From assembly GCF_037042905.1 (NCBI RefSeq), contig NC_087263.1, forward strand, positions 8,992,001-9,056,000: 64,000 bases of DNA. The letters run 5' to 3'. The notes below the pieces were generated by a model. The model had not been told where the DNA came from, did no database searches, and worked only from the letters and a program-made list of their open reading frames with translations. The position numbers were made by a program, and so were the translations under genes. Position 1 is the first letter of the stretch. Every line of letters begins with the position of its first letter. Shown here piece after piece: positions 63,152-64,000 of this stretch. Origin of the DNA: Lytechinus pictus. Taxonomy: Eukaryota.

Positions 63152-64000
63152 CTGGAATGAGAGACAAACACGAATGCAGAAGAGATTAAAGTGAAATCGA
63201 TGAGAATGTTTCTAAACTGCAGAAGCCTTTGCCATACGAACCTGCTCAGGGACAGTTCCACATAATATGTATGTCCCATCCCTTACATGTATATGTGGGA
63301 CATTCCTGTAAAAATTGTCTCATGAAACTTGTATAGCTCTCAAATTATCGTGGCTTGGGTAGTTCATGGAGTACAGAAAGAATGGAGAAAAACGTGTATT
63401 CATTCTTACCTGGGCCCGGGGGCCGTTTCATAACATTGTTCGTAAGTTAAGAGCAACTTTAAGAACGACTGGTGAACCTTTCTTACGCACTAAACTATCG
63501 CCAATGAACATTTTGGTGTATATCATTTTCCACAATAAAGGATCACCAGTCGTTCTTAAAGTCGCTCTTTATGAAACGGCCTCCTGGTCTTACATGGGGT
63601 TGTGATTGATTTTTTCAACCTCAAGTCCTCAACTACATGGAAAGCCATCAACGTCGTAATTTTTCCTACAGGAAATTGGCACAATGTTCTTTGTAATCAA
63701 AGAGGAAACACACCAAATGGTCAAGAAAATGATGAATGTACATGTATGAGCATGCATTATATCTAGAATACAATCTAAACAAACATGCATTTTAGAAGTT
63801 GGCGTTGATGATTTCCATAGCTGTGGATGATCGGATCAATTGCAACTCTCTGTAAGATGGGGCCCTGATGTCGTCCCCTGGAAGCCATCAATGACTTCAT
63901 CCTGCCTCCAACCAACAGCATGCTAAAGCTGAACTCATCTTAAATTAAAGTATAGAAGAACTAAATATCTTTTAACCTAAAGACATTCTCTCCCGATATC

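Overview
AT-rich, repeat-dense eukaryotic DNA from an invertebrate animal. The SINE, MITE and LINE repertoire suggests a sea urchin or other echinoderm (inference). Three spliceosomal genes can be built by hand. (1) A + strand Myb/SANT-like (MSANTD-type) gene with 4 coding exons at 16434-19516, about 430 aa. (2) A + strand 4-exon gene at 26414-36360 for a 149-aa single-pass membrane protein that the ORF track mostly misses. (3) The 3' part of a - strand USP6NL/RN-tre-like gene, with exons from 63151 down to 47546; its 5' exons lie beyond the window. Mobile DNA includes a decayed Penelope-like retroelement (RT + GIY-YIG) with a minimal hammerhead ribozyme motif next to a (TA)n tract, a CR1/L2-group LINE split by an 820-bp TA-flanked MITE, an internally deleted mariner carrying a SINE, hAT-like and Kolobok-like non-autonomous elements, many palindromic MITEs, tRNA-derived SINEs and a tandem duplication at the left end. 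The most notable non-coding structures are small fold-back elements that carry either hammerhead-like cores or a full tRNA-like cloverleaf with a UCA anticodon.
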